From Lingula anatina (lineage: Eukaryota > Animalia > Brachiopoda): 64,000 nucleotides of DNA. Within the stretch, counting starts at the first letter, position 1. Each line of letters begins with the position of its first letter. The stretch covers positions 40,430,401-40,494,400 of the forward strand of contig CM120641.1 of assembly GCA_051362555.1 (NCBI GenBank), read 5' to 3'. The translations under genes were made by a program, and so were the position numbers. This document shows positions 1 to 13,950 of the stretch, piece by piece. The notes below the pieces were generated by a model. It had not been told where the DNA came from, did not search any database, and saw only the letters and a program-made list of their open reading frames with translations.

Positions 1-27
1 ATAAGTTGAAAAATACATTTATGTTAC

Positions 28-3000
28 CTTGTTTGCCTGAGCAGCTTCCATAAGCCTTGTGTCCGATTTCTCTTTGGCATATGCATTCTGAGCAGCCTCA
101 AACTCCATATCTTTGACCAGTTTTTTCAGTTCTTCTAACTCAGCATTCTTTTTTCCCAGTTCTTCTTGTAGAGCCTCAGTACCTGCAGCATTTCTCTGAA
201 AAGAAAAAAAGTAAAGGGGGGGGATAAATATACTGGCAAAAGGTTATAATAAATTCCACTCAGATATTAAATAAAAATTATGAAGTAAAAATAATTTTTT
301 CCTGCTACACCCAAAAGGGTTTCTAAATGCACCTCCTCTTTGATCAAGCAAAAGTTCTTGCCACTCCAGATAAGATTCTTAAAAACTTCAAAAAGGCTAT
401 TATTGCCAATTCTACAGTGTACCTTCGCAACTTCTGCAGCAGTTTTGTATCTTGTGGCTTCCATTGTTTTGATCTCAATTTGCTTGAACAGTTGCTGCAT
501 TTTGTCCTCTTTCTCTTCAAGATCTGAAAATAACAGCAGAACATTATAAATCATTGAGAACTGCTTCAACTCTTTTTAAAAGAGATTCTAACAAATTGCT
601 CCTCCCCAATGCTATTAATAATGCATAAAATAAAGTTTTCAATTATATTTACTCCACCATATAAATACCTAATAACATTGTTTATGTTTATGTTATGTGC
701 AACTTAAATTGAATTCTGACCTGTTTGTGCTGCCATAAGTTTCTCACTTAAGGTTACTATGTCTTCTTTGGCCATATTCAATGCTTTCTCCAGCTTCTTT
801 CTACCCCTGGAAACAGCCATGATCATAAAATTAGGAATAACATCCAAGAACTGAGCCAGATGATTTCATACACGGTTTCAATAAATCTTAAGAAGTGGAC
901 AACTGTCCACTATAACAATAGATTTATGATTTATTAATGATATTTAAAATAACAGACCTCCAAGTTAAACAACAGAAGTAGGATTAGCAACATGTCTCCA
1001 GATTGATTTGTATTGATGCATCAGGTGAATATACACTTCCAAGGTAATGAGATATCTTAGGCTTTTGTGAAATAAATTAATTGGAGTCCCAGAGTAATTG
1101 ATATTGTCTCTGGGAATACTTCAGCAAAAAATCAATCTTAGGCTGCTGGGATTTCATAAACAATGTTTCTCAAAAATATGACTTGTAATTTTCTGGTCAT
1201 GTCATCACTTTAACTACATTTTCATTACCAATGTTTATTCAAATCTTTCTTCCTAAGAAATCTTAAAGAGGATAACTTTGTGAACATGGTCTAACATCAT
1301 TCAAATCAACCTGTGCAGAAAACTGTGAGGTGACCATGATGATTTTATCACATGATAGTTTTCGATGTGAACACATACACTAAAACTGTGATGTAAATGC
1401 ATCAAATCAATATTTGTTTACTGTAGATAGATATCATATATAGTCTCAATTTCTTAGGTTTCAGTTTCAAAATACCTTAAAGCCTGGTTATAAACACTTT
1501 GACATAAGTCTACAAATACCACCTGCTATAATTAAACATCTAATAGTGAATTTTTGCATCTGTCAGAAAGTAAGCCAACAAAATTCTGAGGCTGCAGCAA
1601 TTATATTTTTTTACAATGCGCTTATAGAGTTAGCATGCTTAAAAACTTATTCACTAGGCAATTGCTTTAGTTTGAAATGTAAAAATTACTAGAAAGATCA
1701 ATACTGGTAAATTCTTCAAATGATAAGAAAATAAAATATCCACAATCATAACCATAAACCAATGTAAATGAAGCATTTATTTCAATTAAAGCCAATCTTT
1801 AGGAATGTTTAAAGAGCACAGTTTAACATGGATTTAATTCACAAAATTCACAAAAAATGTCATAAATAATAGTTAAATGATTAAAAACATTTAGTGATAA
1901 AAGAACTGAAATCAAGTATAATTCAACAAGGGGTAGGGTGACACACATAGACAAGAGAACAGAAACAGCTCAATAGTTGCCAGAATTACATCCATGCACA
2001 ATGGTACAACACCATTACCTCTGCTCTCTCAGGAACAATTCTGGGCTGTTGCAATAATTGTATAATATTAACATCATTAACTATGTCTTACACTAACTGT
2101 CACCTTCTGTTTCATTACATAAAATACATTTTTTCAGAAAAATAAATTTGCAATATGATATTACAATGGTATTATTTTATAGATTAATGGATAAAGTCAT
2201 TGTCAAATATACACATAAAAAAATCGCAACACACATTCAAAGAGACTATGATACATGCCTGTTTACACATTGATCATATTGATGTTATTCAATGTGCATT
2301 CTTATTTTCCCTATTCACAGCCATATCTACTTACTTGTTTCCGGCTTTTGCTTGTGCATAATTTGTTAGGTATTCTACCATTTCCTTATTCAGATCTGAA
2401 ATCCGCTGAGTTAGCTCAGCCGCTGTGTTGAGAGAGTCTGTAATCTTTACAGCTACTTCATCAAGGTCAATATCAGGGCTGCCTTTTCTCAGATCTTCCT
2501 CATCAAAAGTTGATGAATTTTCAATGAAAAACTGGAAAAAAATGAAAAACAAATTATATATATATAAAAAATAAAATACTTGTACTGACCTAAAATGAAT
2601 ATCAATGCTGAATGAACGATCCCATGTGACATGGTTACCCCAGAAAACTTACAACATCATGAAGAAGATATATTCACAAAATAAAACAGGTTAAGTAAAG
2701 CACTTATATCCCAATACTGGATGACCTTCAAACCTTTTAAAAGAATTGTAGTTTCAGTTTGACCATTAAAATTAAAAAACAAAGGAATGTTTCTTGGTAA
2801 TAAATGCCCTGATGCTAATGTCAAAGGATTAATTGATAAACCAACATAAGAGATCTTTTATGCACTCTAATTTGATACATTCAAACATATCAATTGAAAG
2901 CCACCTTAGTAATCTCAGTTTCCAAGGACTTTTAATTCATGCTGCATATTTAAGGCTGCAATTTCCATATTGAAATATTTCCTGTCTCTCATATTTTGTT

Positions 3001-6000
3001 ACAAATTGCACAGTGGTTTCAGAAACTAAACTTTGGTAAAAAATGTTGCATTCTACTTGACAAAAAGAATCTATTTGATATCAATTTATAAAAAATATGC
3101 ATAATATATGTGCAAAGTTTAAAAATAATTTTACTGCATACTAAACATTATCATATTTACAGTAATCAATACATCTATGCCATAGGTGTTTCAACATGGT
3201 CATAAATCACTCAGCAGAAACTAGAATGGAAAAATCTTGTTCAGATCTGTCAGTGGACATTGATTTGGCATTCATTACCCTTAAGTATTGTTTGGCAACA
3301 GGAAAATCCCAAAGAAAATGCCACTAATTAACAAAGAGCTTCAACTGGATTAGATTTCTGGCTGCGTTTCCCAGTTGTTTTCAATATCCAAGATTCATTC
3401 TTGACCAGTTAAGTCTTAATACTGAACTGCTATTATACCAGCCACTAGCAGATAAATACTGGCAAAAAGACATTGCTGATGAGTTTAGGTAAGTAAAACA
3501 ATTGAAAAAAAGGTTTTGAAGAAGATAAAATATGAAAGATATTAAATTATGTTTTGCAAATAAAGCATCACATGTATATCAATCTGAAATTATTACAGAC
3601 AAATAAGTAATCTGTACACATAAAGTTTTTGAATTAATTACAGTTGACTAATATCTATCTGCTTAGCAAAATTTTAAAGATATTAATTTTTTCAATTAGG
3701 AAAATGTAATATAAATGTAAACAAATTTCATTTTAATTACTTTACCTTACCTCATTGACTTGTTGTAAAAGTTTCAGTCTTTGATCAGACACATTCTTGT
3801 AGCCAACCACAAATATGGTGACCTGCTGCTGGTACTGAAATCACATTGAAAAAATTACGAGATTCACAAATTTTAACAACTGTTCTTTAGAGTGGGTTAA
3901 ATACAAAACATGTATTATCTATGAGAGGGATCAAATAATCATACGAACCAATTTATTTTACTTGTGATGAAACTAGACAGCAAAGCTGACAAATACGGTT
4001 TGAAAGTTATGGGGCAAATGTCATGTGTAGGACAGCAACAGCGACGGTGATGGTGACAGCACAAGTGACAGTGACAGGGACGATACAAACAGACACTGAC
4101 AGACCAATCAGAATATATACAGATGCTTATAGTGTCTGTATATAAATAAGACTTAAAGAGGATTTATACCTTTCTTTTCTTCACAGTGTCTCTCAGCAAT
4201 TCCTCTAGTTCCATCTGAAATATTTGAAATAATTGACCTCTGATACCTTTCAAATACAATGAGGCAACACTACTGAAATTGAGCTGCTATATAAATGTAA
4301 CCATTAGTAATAATCATAAGTAAAACAACATAAATGACAAATTTTATGCATAATCTTTTCTTGATAATAACCTGTTCATCTCCTTCATCTCCATATTATG
4401 TATCTGTATTGAAATGATTAAAGGTGCTTAAATTGAATCTACAAAATATACATTTTTTATAAAATCACTTACAATATCACTGAGATATTCCATGTTGTTC
4501 TTGCCAGCACCCTCCATTAAAGCTTCACCATATTCATATGTGCCATAGATCTATGAAAAATAAGACAAAATTACATTTTGCATCTTAATTACAATATAGT
4601 CGAAAAGATCTCAGCTGAAGGGGACAGTCCCATACATGTACCTTATTTAATATGCTTTTTAAGTAATGAATTCATTATTCATAATAAACAATTGCATACT
4701 TATTGGGTGTGAAAGTAAGCATTGTTGGTTTTTCAAAAAAGCCTTCATAAATATATAAAAAATTTGGATATTTGGATATTTGACTTTTGAAGATCAACAT
4801 TTACAAGATGATTCACGACAACTACAAAATTGTATATGTCTAGATCTTAATCAAAGTTATGTTGCTGATTTGCAGTGATTCTGATTTTCTCCAACTGCAC
4901 AAACTGCATATGTACTCAAGTGCATTGCTTTAGAAGAGATATCTAACAGCACACCTCAAACAATCAAACCAACTCAAAAACATCTTAGTGTATCATTCCC
5001 ACAGACATCTACGTGCTGTATGACAACTTTTCTGATCCTATGGTCTAGACAAGATATTATTTTTATCATTGCAAGAAAAGATTATTTTCTTTATTGTTTC
5101 AATATAAACAGCCAAAGGGAAGAGGGTTGGGGAAGTTAAAAGAACTGCCCTTAAAGCCCTAAAAGATCTGCTTGAAGTAAAATTTTGATTTATGATCTAT
5201 GCCATTTTCTCAACTAGAGGGGTGAAAAAGTCCACTTTTTAGCAGAAGAACCCCTCTCTCCTCTTTAAAATTACTGTTTATAGGATTGTTACATAAATTT
5301 TAACACTGTTTGAACTATTTCAGAATACAATTAGTCCAGTTTCTATTTTGAATGAACTAACCACAGAACTTCCCTACTTTGTTGCCTCTGATGGAAATTT
5401 GCTGTTGTAAGTAAAATATAATAGGCTACTGTAAGCCCAAAAATACGGTATCTATTCTGACTCTTATTTGGTGAGACAAGTTTTGTTTATTCATCATGCT
5501 GCCCACTAATGCACTATCTACACAAAAATTGTTCAAATGAATCTGCTCTGCATGGCAGTATCAGGGCTTGATGGTAATTTTCATAATGGGTTAAAGTAAA
5601 TATAGGAAATATATGTATTGCTTCTCTCAAGTTAGTGATAGATTTCATTGCAAAACAAAATTTGTTAAAAAAATGTTAAATTAATAAGACATTTGGGAAA
5701 AATGGAATGTTTCTTTTAAATTTCACTAATCAAGATACTTCATTTTGGACATTCACACCTAAGTCTAAACTAAATCACAGAACTACACTTAACAGCGATT
5801 CCCAAACTTATTCCAATTTTTTTCATTAACTTACATGGTCGACTCTTTTCATTACTTTCTCCAATTCTTCTTTAGTATCGTCAGCCATACGCTGTGCAAA
5901 TGACCTGGCGTTCTTGTCCAGCACCAGCTGAGCTGGGGAGTCTCCCCTGTCCAGTATGTTAATACTGCCCACATAGCTCATTGCCTCCATGGCTGGCTGG

Positions 6001-7418
6001 AGAAGAGGGTCCAGATCAAAGTCGTCTTCAAATATAGTCTCCTATAGACAGAATAGAGAAAACTGCCCAAAAAATGTGTAATGGCAAGACATAATTATCT
6101 TGTGTGATTAGTACATACATATGGAATATGGATTCTTATTTTAAAAGTATTTTAACGTCACAAGTCAGTAAAGTCAAAATTGTCAGAATTAACATTAATC
6201 AAATGTAATGTAAATTAATATAGCCACAGGGAATGTCAAATATCACAAACAATTTGTTAAAAATCCAGTTTCAGTATATCTAATCTAGCAGGTCTACATA
6301 AAGCAATTATGCACCAAACATACCTATGTATTAATATCAGTAAATGTTTGAAAAAGATTACAAATTCAATAAAAAACTGCTAAAATATATGTAAAATATG
6401 TTCTTACAACTAAACCATAAATTGTCATATAGAATTTAGTGTACCAATTTTAACTTAATAAAAAGACAGCTACTGGCACATAGTTCAAAATGTATTGGTC
6501 TGATATTTGTTGTAATAATAGGGAGGGAATATATAAATAACTTAAAACCCAATACTAGTATGTGTGCCCTGGTTGACTTTTGGTCTTAACATTGATCTGC
6601 TTGGAACAATAAGGAATTTATTGACCAAAAAGATTCTCTGTAACTTATGCCCATTAAATAAGACTATAAATATATTCTATTTGATAAATATATAAATATT
6701 TTCTTTTTGAGTCATTTTTCAAGAGTAATTTTTACAAATTAGCAAAGGATTGAAGATGCCAATCAAAACTAAAAAGCAAGGAAGTTATCAAATCAAACAA
6801 TAATTGAAACATTAATACTTCGTTGAATCAAACCTTGCACCTAAATCTGGCGGGAAAAGGAAAAAGAAAATAAGGCACATTTTCTTAACTGCAGAAATAG
6901 CATATGCAAACAAAGCTTGAGAATATGAAAACCAGCTGTTCTTTAAAAGATTTAATGCTTATCAATGCATGAAATTCTGCACCTAAATCTGTCAAAAAAA
7001 AAAAAAAAAAGAACATGAAATGCAGAAATAGCAGATGAGTATTGAGTAAAATTACCCCTCAAAATATTTATCCTTGTGTTGAAACCTAAAATGTAAGAAC
7101 TTCATAATTTTACATTCTTTTCACATCATGGGATTTTACGTCACAATGCATGCACGTGCACTGTTTTTACATGTTGTTAATATCCCATGCAATGGTCAAA
7201 ATTAGCATTTATGATATATGCGATATTTGAGGTAGCAGTTCCAGTAGCTCTGCTGATAGTGATGGCTCTACTTGTTTTAACAGTTGCCAAGAATCTACAT
7301 TCCATTTCTAATTTTACACAAACGTGTCATTTAAGCGAGATGCATATACAATAGTAAGTCGTTATTCAGCTGGGGTATATATCCATGTTAAGGAAGCTGG
7401 GAATTGAAAACTCACCAT
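28..7418 (-). CDS. Uncharacterised coiled-coil protein, 3'-partial (continues past window start)
   Basis: Phase-consistent GT-AG exons: 7418-7416 (ATG|GTGAG), 6041-5835, 4550-4473, 4214-4170, 3834-3751, 2531-2335, 806-721, 523-423, 195-28. Translation METIFEDDFDLDPLLQPAMEAM...RKKLEKALNMAKEDIVTLSEKLMAAQTDLEEKEDKMQQLFKQIEIK... is E/K/L-rich with heptad character. Family not recognised. Confidence 0.8.
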
Positions 7419-7763
7419 AATGAAAAGAACTTAAACGGTCTATGAGAAGTTCATGTTATTGCACACAGAATTCGTCCCCCTCCATGTTGTTTAGAGGTTC
7501 AGCGTCACGTGACCAAGTTGTCAAGTTCATGCTGACATCTACTGGCTGCCAAAAATAAGATGACTGTTATAGATTATAAGAATGCTATTTTATATAGATT
7601 ACCCGTAAGTAAAGTGCATGTATGAGGGGGTTTTCATTCGGACATTTCACTGATTTCACTTTGAGCAGTTTACTTAAAATAAAAGTGAAAGCTCATCTTG
7701 AAAAGATTTATCGTGCACCTTGCGAGAAACGAAGAGATTTGGTTGTGGCGGTATTGTTTAAAG
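7419..7763. promoter_or_regulatory. Bidirectional promoter between the coiled-coil gene and GAMT
   Basis: Divergent ATGs about 345 bp apart. Palindromic E-box GTCACGTGAC at 7504-7513. YY1-like AAGATGGCCG overlaps the GAMT ATG. Confidence 0.6.
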
Positions 7764-10700
7764 ATGGCCGACGTGCAGCAAGGAGGGCGCATTTTCCAAA
7801 GCGGAGAGGATTGTAAGCAAAGCTGGAAGGATGCGGGTGCTGGTTATAATGAAACAGATACACACCTCGAAATAATGGGAAAGCCCGTCATGGAAAGATG
7901 GGAGACTCCTTATATGCATAAATTAGCCGAAATCGCAGCCTCCAAAGGTACTGATACTTTCAAGTTTCAGCCTAGCCGGCCTACGTGCCAAGTACTAATA
8001 GTACTGGTATAGTCGACCTTATGTTCTTAACCATATGCAGAACTTACAGGCTCACCAAAAGTATTTTGACTTGGTATTTGTATAACAAAGTATAGGTGTG
8101 GTATTCAGAGCATTTGCTTGAACTCCCATACTCGTATCTAGAGCGTGACGCATTTATTTTAATGTTTGGTGAACTACAAGGGTGTTGTGCCTTGTGCATT
8201 ACTTGTTCAATAACAGACAATATAGTGTGCAGTTCATGCACTATTGCAGAGCAGTGGGGGGAAATTCAGTGTTTTTAAAAGGGTTACATACTTTTTTCTA
8301 CACCTGAGCTTTGTGTAGGAAGGGTCCTGTTGCTGCTCATAACATTATGTACATGCCCTAGGGATGCCATGGGCAATGTGATACATGTCATTTTAGTAGA
8401 ATTGCATATATACCATTAGCAAATAATTCCCTTACTGGAAGTTTTATAAAGTAGATGTACCATTTTAATAATCTTTTATATATTAATTTGGGTTGGTAGG
8501 ATTAAACGGACCAGTTATGGTTTGTATCAAATGCTATGTTGCTTGCATATCTTGTCTTAACTTTTGTTGCCAACCATTTTTAATTGTTTAATTTAACACC
8601 AGACTTTTTCATTTTTTTTCCAGAATTACTTAGTTTTTTTCAAATTATCTAAATGTAAATGCTTAAATGAATAGTGAGAAAAACCCACACCCAGTGTTAG
8701 AAATTAAGGCTGGACCGTCTGCCCGGGGCAGACAACTTTCAGAATGGGCAGAATGGGCATTCTAGCCAGCTAATTTTCAAGATGGCTGAGCTTTCAGTCC
8801 AGCAACTTATTTTCCTAAGAGGCAAACACTGCCCACACCATATGTGCTGCAGCACCACCCATAGTTATATGAGATGGGAAATGGGTCTTTGTTTTGATTA
8901 ATTCAGAGTGCTACATTTAACAAATTTTCATATTTCATTTTTTAAAATTATCAGCAGAAATGTGAATGGTTATATTCAATGAAGATAAGAATAACCTCTG
9001 TACTCAGATACTGCACTTAGATCAATCGTTGTACCAGCCTTTAAGGTCATGGTTTTGGTGTTTATCACTTTGATGTCAAGTTATCAGTACACAGGAAACT
9101 TCCACCTTCAGGACAAGTACTTGATAAATATGAACTCTAAAAGTTGAACAACTGATACAGAGATAGTGCATATGAAACTTACATAGACTAATAGTGATGT
9201 TAATATTTATGTAACTTTTATGTGTGATTTTAAACTACATTTTGGAGGTTGGGTTGTTTCAGTGTGGAACACTCAAAAAGTTTATGAAACAGTTTTTTCT
9301 CTAATTTTGTGCATTGTAGGTTAACAAATGGACATTAATTACAAGCATTATAGCATGGAAACGAATGTTTTTATACATTTGGCTTGTTCAGTTTGAAGTT
9401 CCTTAAAGATCAGTTATGTTTTGAAAGTAAATGTTATGATGTTTATGCAAGAAACCACTTTCTGAAGTTAAATATTTGAATTGCATTAATCTTTATCACT
9501 CAAGGAGGCTCAGCTGTATTGTTATAATGTCTGGATAATTGTACATTCCTCTGGAAAAGAAATGCTCACTGTAGAATGCATTCTTTGAAAAGATTGTTAA
9601 TCAGAACAAGTCCCATTTAGCAATCATTGCATGATGTGTAAATTTTCATATCAATTATTCCTTAGCATGAAAATTCATGCGTTAGCACTCCTATTGACAG
9701 TTCTGGGATATACTGGCGGTCCTAGGACAGAACCGTCAATTAAAGTGCTTATGCATGAATTTTCATGCTAATTATTCCTATGGACCTTTTATTTTAATAC
9801 TAACCTTATAATAAGCAACTTATTTCTTTTGCTAAACCATTAATTTATGTAAATTACCCAATGTGTATTTGAAATAATATAATGCTATACACATAAATTT
9901 GATATATTTTCTGCAAATGAACAATTTAAGTTGTTGAGCTTATAATTTTTGAATTACTAAAGAATAATAATTGTCTTTGGTGAAATACCACAGTTATTTT
10001 GAAGAAGTGCCAACACAAATATTTAAAAAGGAATAATTATATTTGGCTTTGTGCTTTCAGGAGGAGTGGTGCTAGAAATTGGCTTTGGAATGGCCATATC
10101 TGCCAGTAAGATAGAGGAGTTTGATATACAGGAACATGCTATCATTGAATGCAATGATGGTGTTTTTCAAAGACTAGAGAAGTGGGCGAAAGAGCAGAAA
10201 CATAAGGTAATTGTTTGTCTCCAGAACTAAATTATAGTATCTTTCTACTGATAAGGATTAGGATAAGGATTGCAAATATTTTAGGTGATAACAAATGAAA
10301 TCAAAGATCTACTTAAAATATACTGTTCTATGTGCTTTAAAAATTTACTTTACTCTGGACAATCTCCAAGTGCAAATTCTGTTATTGAGGAGGACAAAAG
10401 TAAAAAGAATTATTTAGGTATCTTTTTGGTTTTTGGGAGTGTTCATATCATGTCCAAAAATGCATTTATAATTTATGGAATTATTTAATTAGAAAAATGG
10501 CTGAATGGCCTTTTGCTAAACTTTTTATTTCAGATCACACCACTAAAGGGGATGTGGGAAGATGTAGTGCCAACTTTGCCAGATGCTTCCTTTAATGGTT
10601 AGTTTATTGGGTATCATTTACTTTAAATATTACAACATGCTTATATGATCATTGTATTATTTATTTATCGTGCTATTTTCATACTTATCAACTCATCTCT

Positions 10701-11467
10701 CAGAAGTTACCTTCTTAAATTGATGCACTGTATAATCTTTTATTGACAGTTTATAGTACAGTATGATACATTTTTTTATATAGGGTTAAATGCAGAATCA
10801 CCTTAATATACTTTTAACATATTAATAGCAGATTTGATGCCATTGTTTTTATTTGGCAAGGAATCATGTATGATACTTACCCCTTGAGTGAAGAGGACTG
10901 GCACACTCATCAGTTCAACTTCATCAACAACCATGCCTTCCGGCTGCTGAAGCCAGGGGGAGTGCTCACCTACTGTAATCTGACTTCCTGGGGAGAACTG
11001 ATGAAGACCAAGTACACAGATATTGCCAAAATGTTTGAGGTAGGCTGGTGGTAACTAGTGATATTTTATGCTTTGTGGAGGATCATTTTCAGTTTAATGT
11101 GAATGTTAAGGAATGTTTTTTTAAAGATTATTTTAACTTCTATTGTTTGCAATGTTAATGCTGCTGAAACAAATTCGTTTTGCAAGATGCAGACATATCA
11201 TGAAGTTCTTATAACAAGATTGTGTTAAAATTCCTTTGATTAAATCCGTGGAAGATTTTTGTGTATAGGGTCTGCATTAATATGTATTTTAAAAGTATAG
11301 TTATAACATCTTTTCTTTTTGTTCTGTAGGAAACCCAGTTACCCAAGCTTCTAGAAGCTGGCTTTAAGCGAGAGAACATATCTTGGGAAGTGATGGCAGT
11401 GGAAGTGCCTGAGTGCAAATATTACTCTCATAACTTCATGATTGCTCCGACCTGTATCAAACAGTAA
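7764..11467 (+). CDS. GAMT: Guanidinoacetate N-methyltransferase
   Basis: Exons 7764-7947, 10061-10206, 10534-10597, 10861-11039, 11330-11467. Hallmark segments [33 protein letters not shown] (SAM motif I), [52 protein letters not shown]. Confidence 0.95.
9663..9770. mobile_element. Fold-back MITE, 108 bp, 9-bp TSD (Mutator-like)
   Basis: TIR TAGCATGAAAATTCATGC...GCATGAATTTTCATGCTA with further internal pairing. Flanked by direct repeat ATTATTCCT at 9654-9662 and 9771-9779. Lies in GAMT intron 1. Confidence 0.85.
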
Positions 11468-13189
11468 ACAGCCTCTTCTCAAGAAGTCTTGTTGCCTTTG
11501 TTTCACCAAAGTTCCATGAGTTTAAGTTTCCTATGCTTGTTGCACTCTGAATTCCCAAAGAATATTCACTTATTATTGCACCTTACTTGTAATAGTATTT
11601 GAACATAATGTGCAGTTGTTGCACCTGGTTATTTTTGTTTTTAGCATGCAGTTAACAAATAGGTCTGTGTCAGTGCATAGTTTCATGAAAATGTGATTTG
11701 CAAAGCATATGTTATGTTTGATTTGTCGAATTAATTAAGTAAATACTAAGTAATCTTTTATAGATATAATTTAACATGTAACAAATGTTATTGCTGTTGA
11801 GTTTTTGTAGTCAGTAGAGAATTGCAGACTTCCGTCTCACCAACACCTCACTGGATGTTCTTGGGCTATCATTGTTAAGTACCTCATTGCACCAGTATTT
11901 TTTATATCTTTCAATTTCTCTTTAAATGCTGCAGGTTGCTGCATGTGGATTTAATTTGTACCAAAATGACTATAATGACGTATTGAATGTTTTAAGAGGG
12001 GGGTTTCTTGATTTAATTACTCTTTTACATAATGCTTCTGTTTAAACAATTTTTAATGTGACATATTTTTGATTTTTTGATTGAAGTTCAAAATGTAAGG
12101 TGCCAAAACCCAAAAATTTGTAGACTTATATTGAAACTTCCAAATTGATCATGTAGTGAAAAATGCTAAGAACAAAGATATCATTGGAAACCATTTACAT
12201 TAATTAGTGTATTGTGTCCTTATTTAAATGCAATTTGCATTGTAGGGAAAAATTGACTCAGTGAACCTGTCCAAACTTACAATAATGTATTAGGGACATT
12301 TGTATGGTCATATTTTTGATAAAGTACACTTACATTCTTGTATGATATCCTTGTTACCTTGTTTTTAAACTGGACTTTTTGTGTTTGTTGAAAATTAAGT
12401 AATGGATGATTCTTGTTAATAAATAAATTTTGAAATGTTATTATGGTGTTTCAATATTTTGTGCAAAAGAATAAAAGGAAAATAATAACAGTGTTACTGA
12501 TTATGACTATTGACTAGAAAAGAAAATGAAATTCCTTAGTTCTTTATGGGGCTTTGGAATTTTTCAGACTATACGAGTAGAGTATAAATTCTGAAATTGC
12601 GTGACCAAATGCCTGATGCACAGGTAGATCCAAAAATTGGCAATGCAAATCCCTCTCTTTCATATTTAAATTGAAGGTAGAAGCATATAATCTATATTAT
12701 AGCAGAAACGGCTAGTTTGAAAACGATGAATAGGACATTACTAACATTGTGTCAGGTGAGACAAGGTGGACCTTGCAGAATGTGCGGGTGAGACAAATTG
12801 TAAACACCATTTCACAACGTTTCACAACAGATCGACACTACCGGTGTAATATGATTTCTGTAGTACAGTGCTCATAAACCATGCATTTGATTCAGTATGA
12901 TGACAAAAGAAACTTTTTCTAACAGGTGAGTTTGAAATACAGCATGTTTAGCAGTATCAATTTTAAAGACAGCTGAGTAACATAAAAATTTAAGTGACTC
13001 GAACCTTGAAGTTACATTCGATATATTGTTCATTAGTTCCGTCTTTATACGTACTATAGTTGATTAAAGGGTTTGCGATTTTACATTTTACAATGAATAT
13101 TTGTCATGCTCATAAGCTAAATGTAATCAAAACTATTTAAGAGAGTGTAGTACTACCTGTACTACGTACTTAAAGTCTTTCAAGTCTTA

Positions 13190-13470
13190 GAGGCCGTCCC
13201 CATAATTAACCCAGTCGTACTAGCTCGATTAATCTAACACCTAATAGGGGATTCTCACTAAATTGCATTCAGTTTAGCACGGCTCCTGGTAAAGTAAAGT
13301 ACTTGAGTAAAGTCGGGAACTTTGTGCTCCAAGATGTTGTTCATGTTGGTTTGCAAGGGGGCGTGCCAGACAATTAAGGTGCTTGTAATGTACATTGACT
13401 TGCCATAGTGAGAATCCCTGCTGAGATAGATTATTAAATAACTCCTCATGCAGGCAGGGGCTGATGTAGG
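13190..13470. mobile_element. Degenerate non-autonomous DNA element, related to the copy at about 61180-61433
   Basis: GGATTCTCACTAAATTG at 13249-13265 also occurs at 61236-61252, with inverted partner TAGTGAGAATCC at 13406-13417. Boundaries are approximate. Confidence 0.5.
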
Positions 13471-13654
13471 CCGTCTTCTGGATCTTCCGGAAGACGGTCA
13501 GATTTTCAAGTTTACATTGAAGGGTATCTAATTTTTCTGTTGGAAGATTGTCAAAAATGAAGAATGGATCAACAAAGATAATTCGGAAGACTGTCAGAAA
13601 ATATCTCTGAATCTGCTCCTGTCCTGCAGTATGGACCAGTGTGCTGAGGTTATG

Positions 13655-13801
13655 CAGGGCCGTAGCCTGAGCAAAATGCCAGGGGGGGCAGTAAGCGGAC
13701 ACGAGGGGGCAAGCTACAGAGGGGGGAGGGTGTGGTGTGTAAAATTCCAAATTCCAGGGGGGGCAGCTGCCCCCCCTGCCCCCCCGGAGGCTACGGCCCT
13801 G
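13655..13801. mobile_element. GC-rich MITE, 147 bp, CAG ends, 5-bp TSD (hAT-like)
   Basis: Perfect TIR CAGGGCCGTAGCC...GGCTACGGCCCTG, TTATG on both flanks, G/C-run interior. Confidence 0.85.
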
Positions 13802-13950
13802 TTATGGAAACGCAATCTTTAAAGTCTAGTAATAATTTGCACTCTGCCTGCTCCCCAAACCATTCCCTGCCCACTGAGTGCCACAATAATAATGTGGTAT
13901 CAAAACAGCAGCAGTTTTTTTTCCATTTCAGCAGATAAAAACAGGACCCA

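Noticed and set aside
13274-13938. ORFs of 63-158 aa upstream of the NTase gene
   Set aside because: They overlap MITE sequence and show no recognisable domain or transposase motif.
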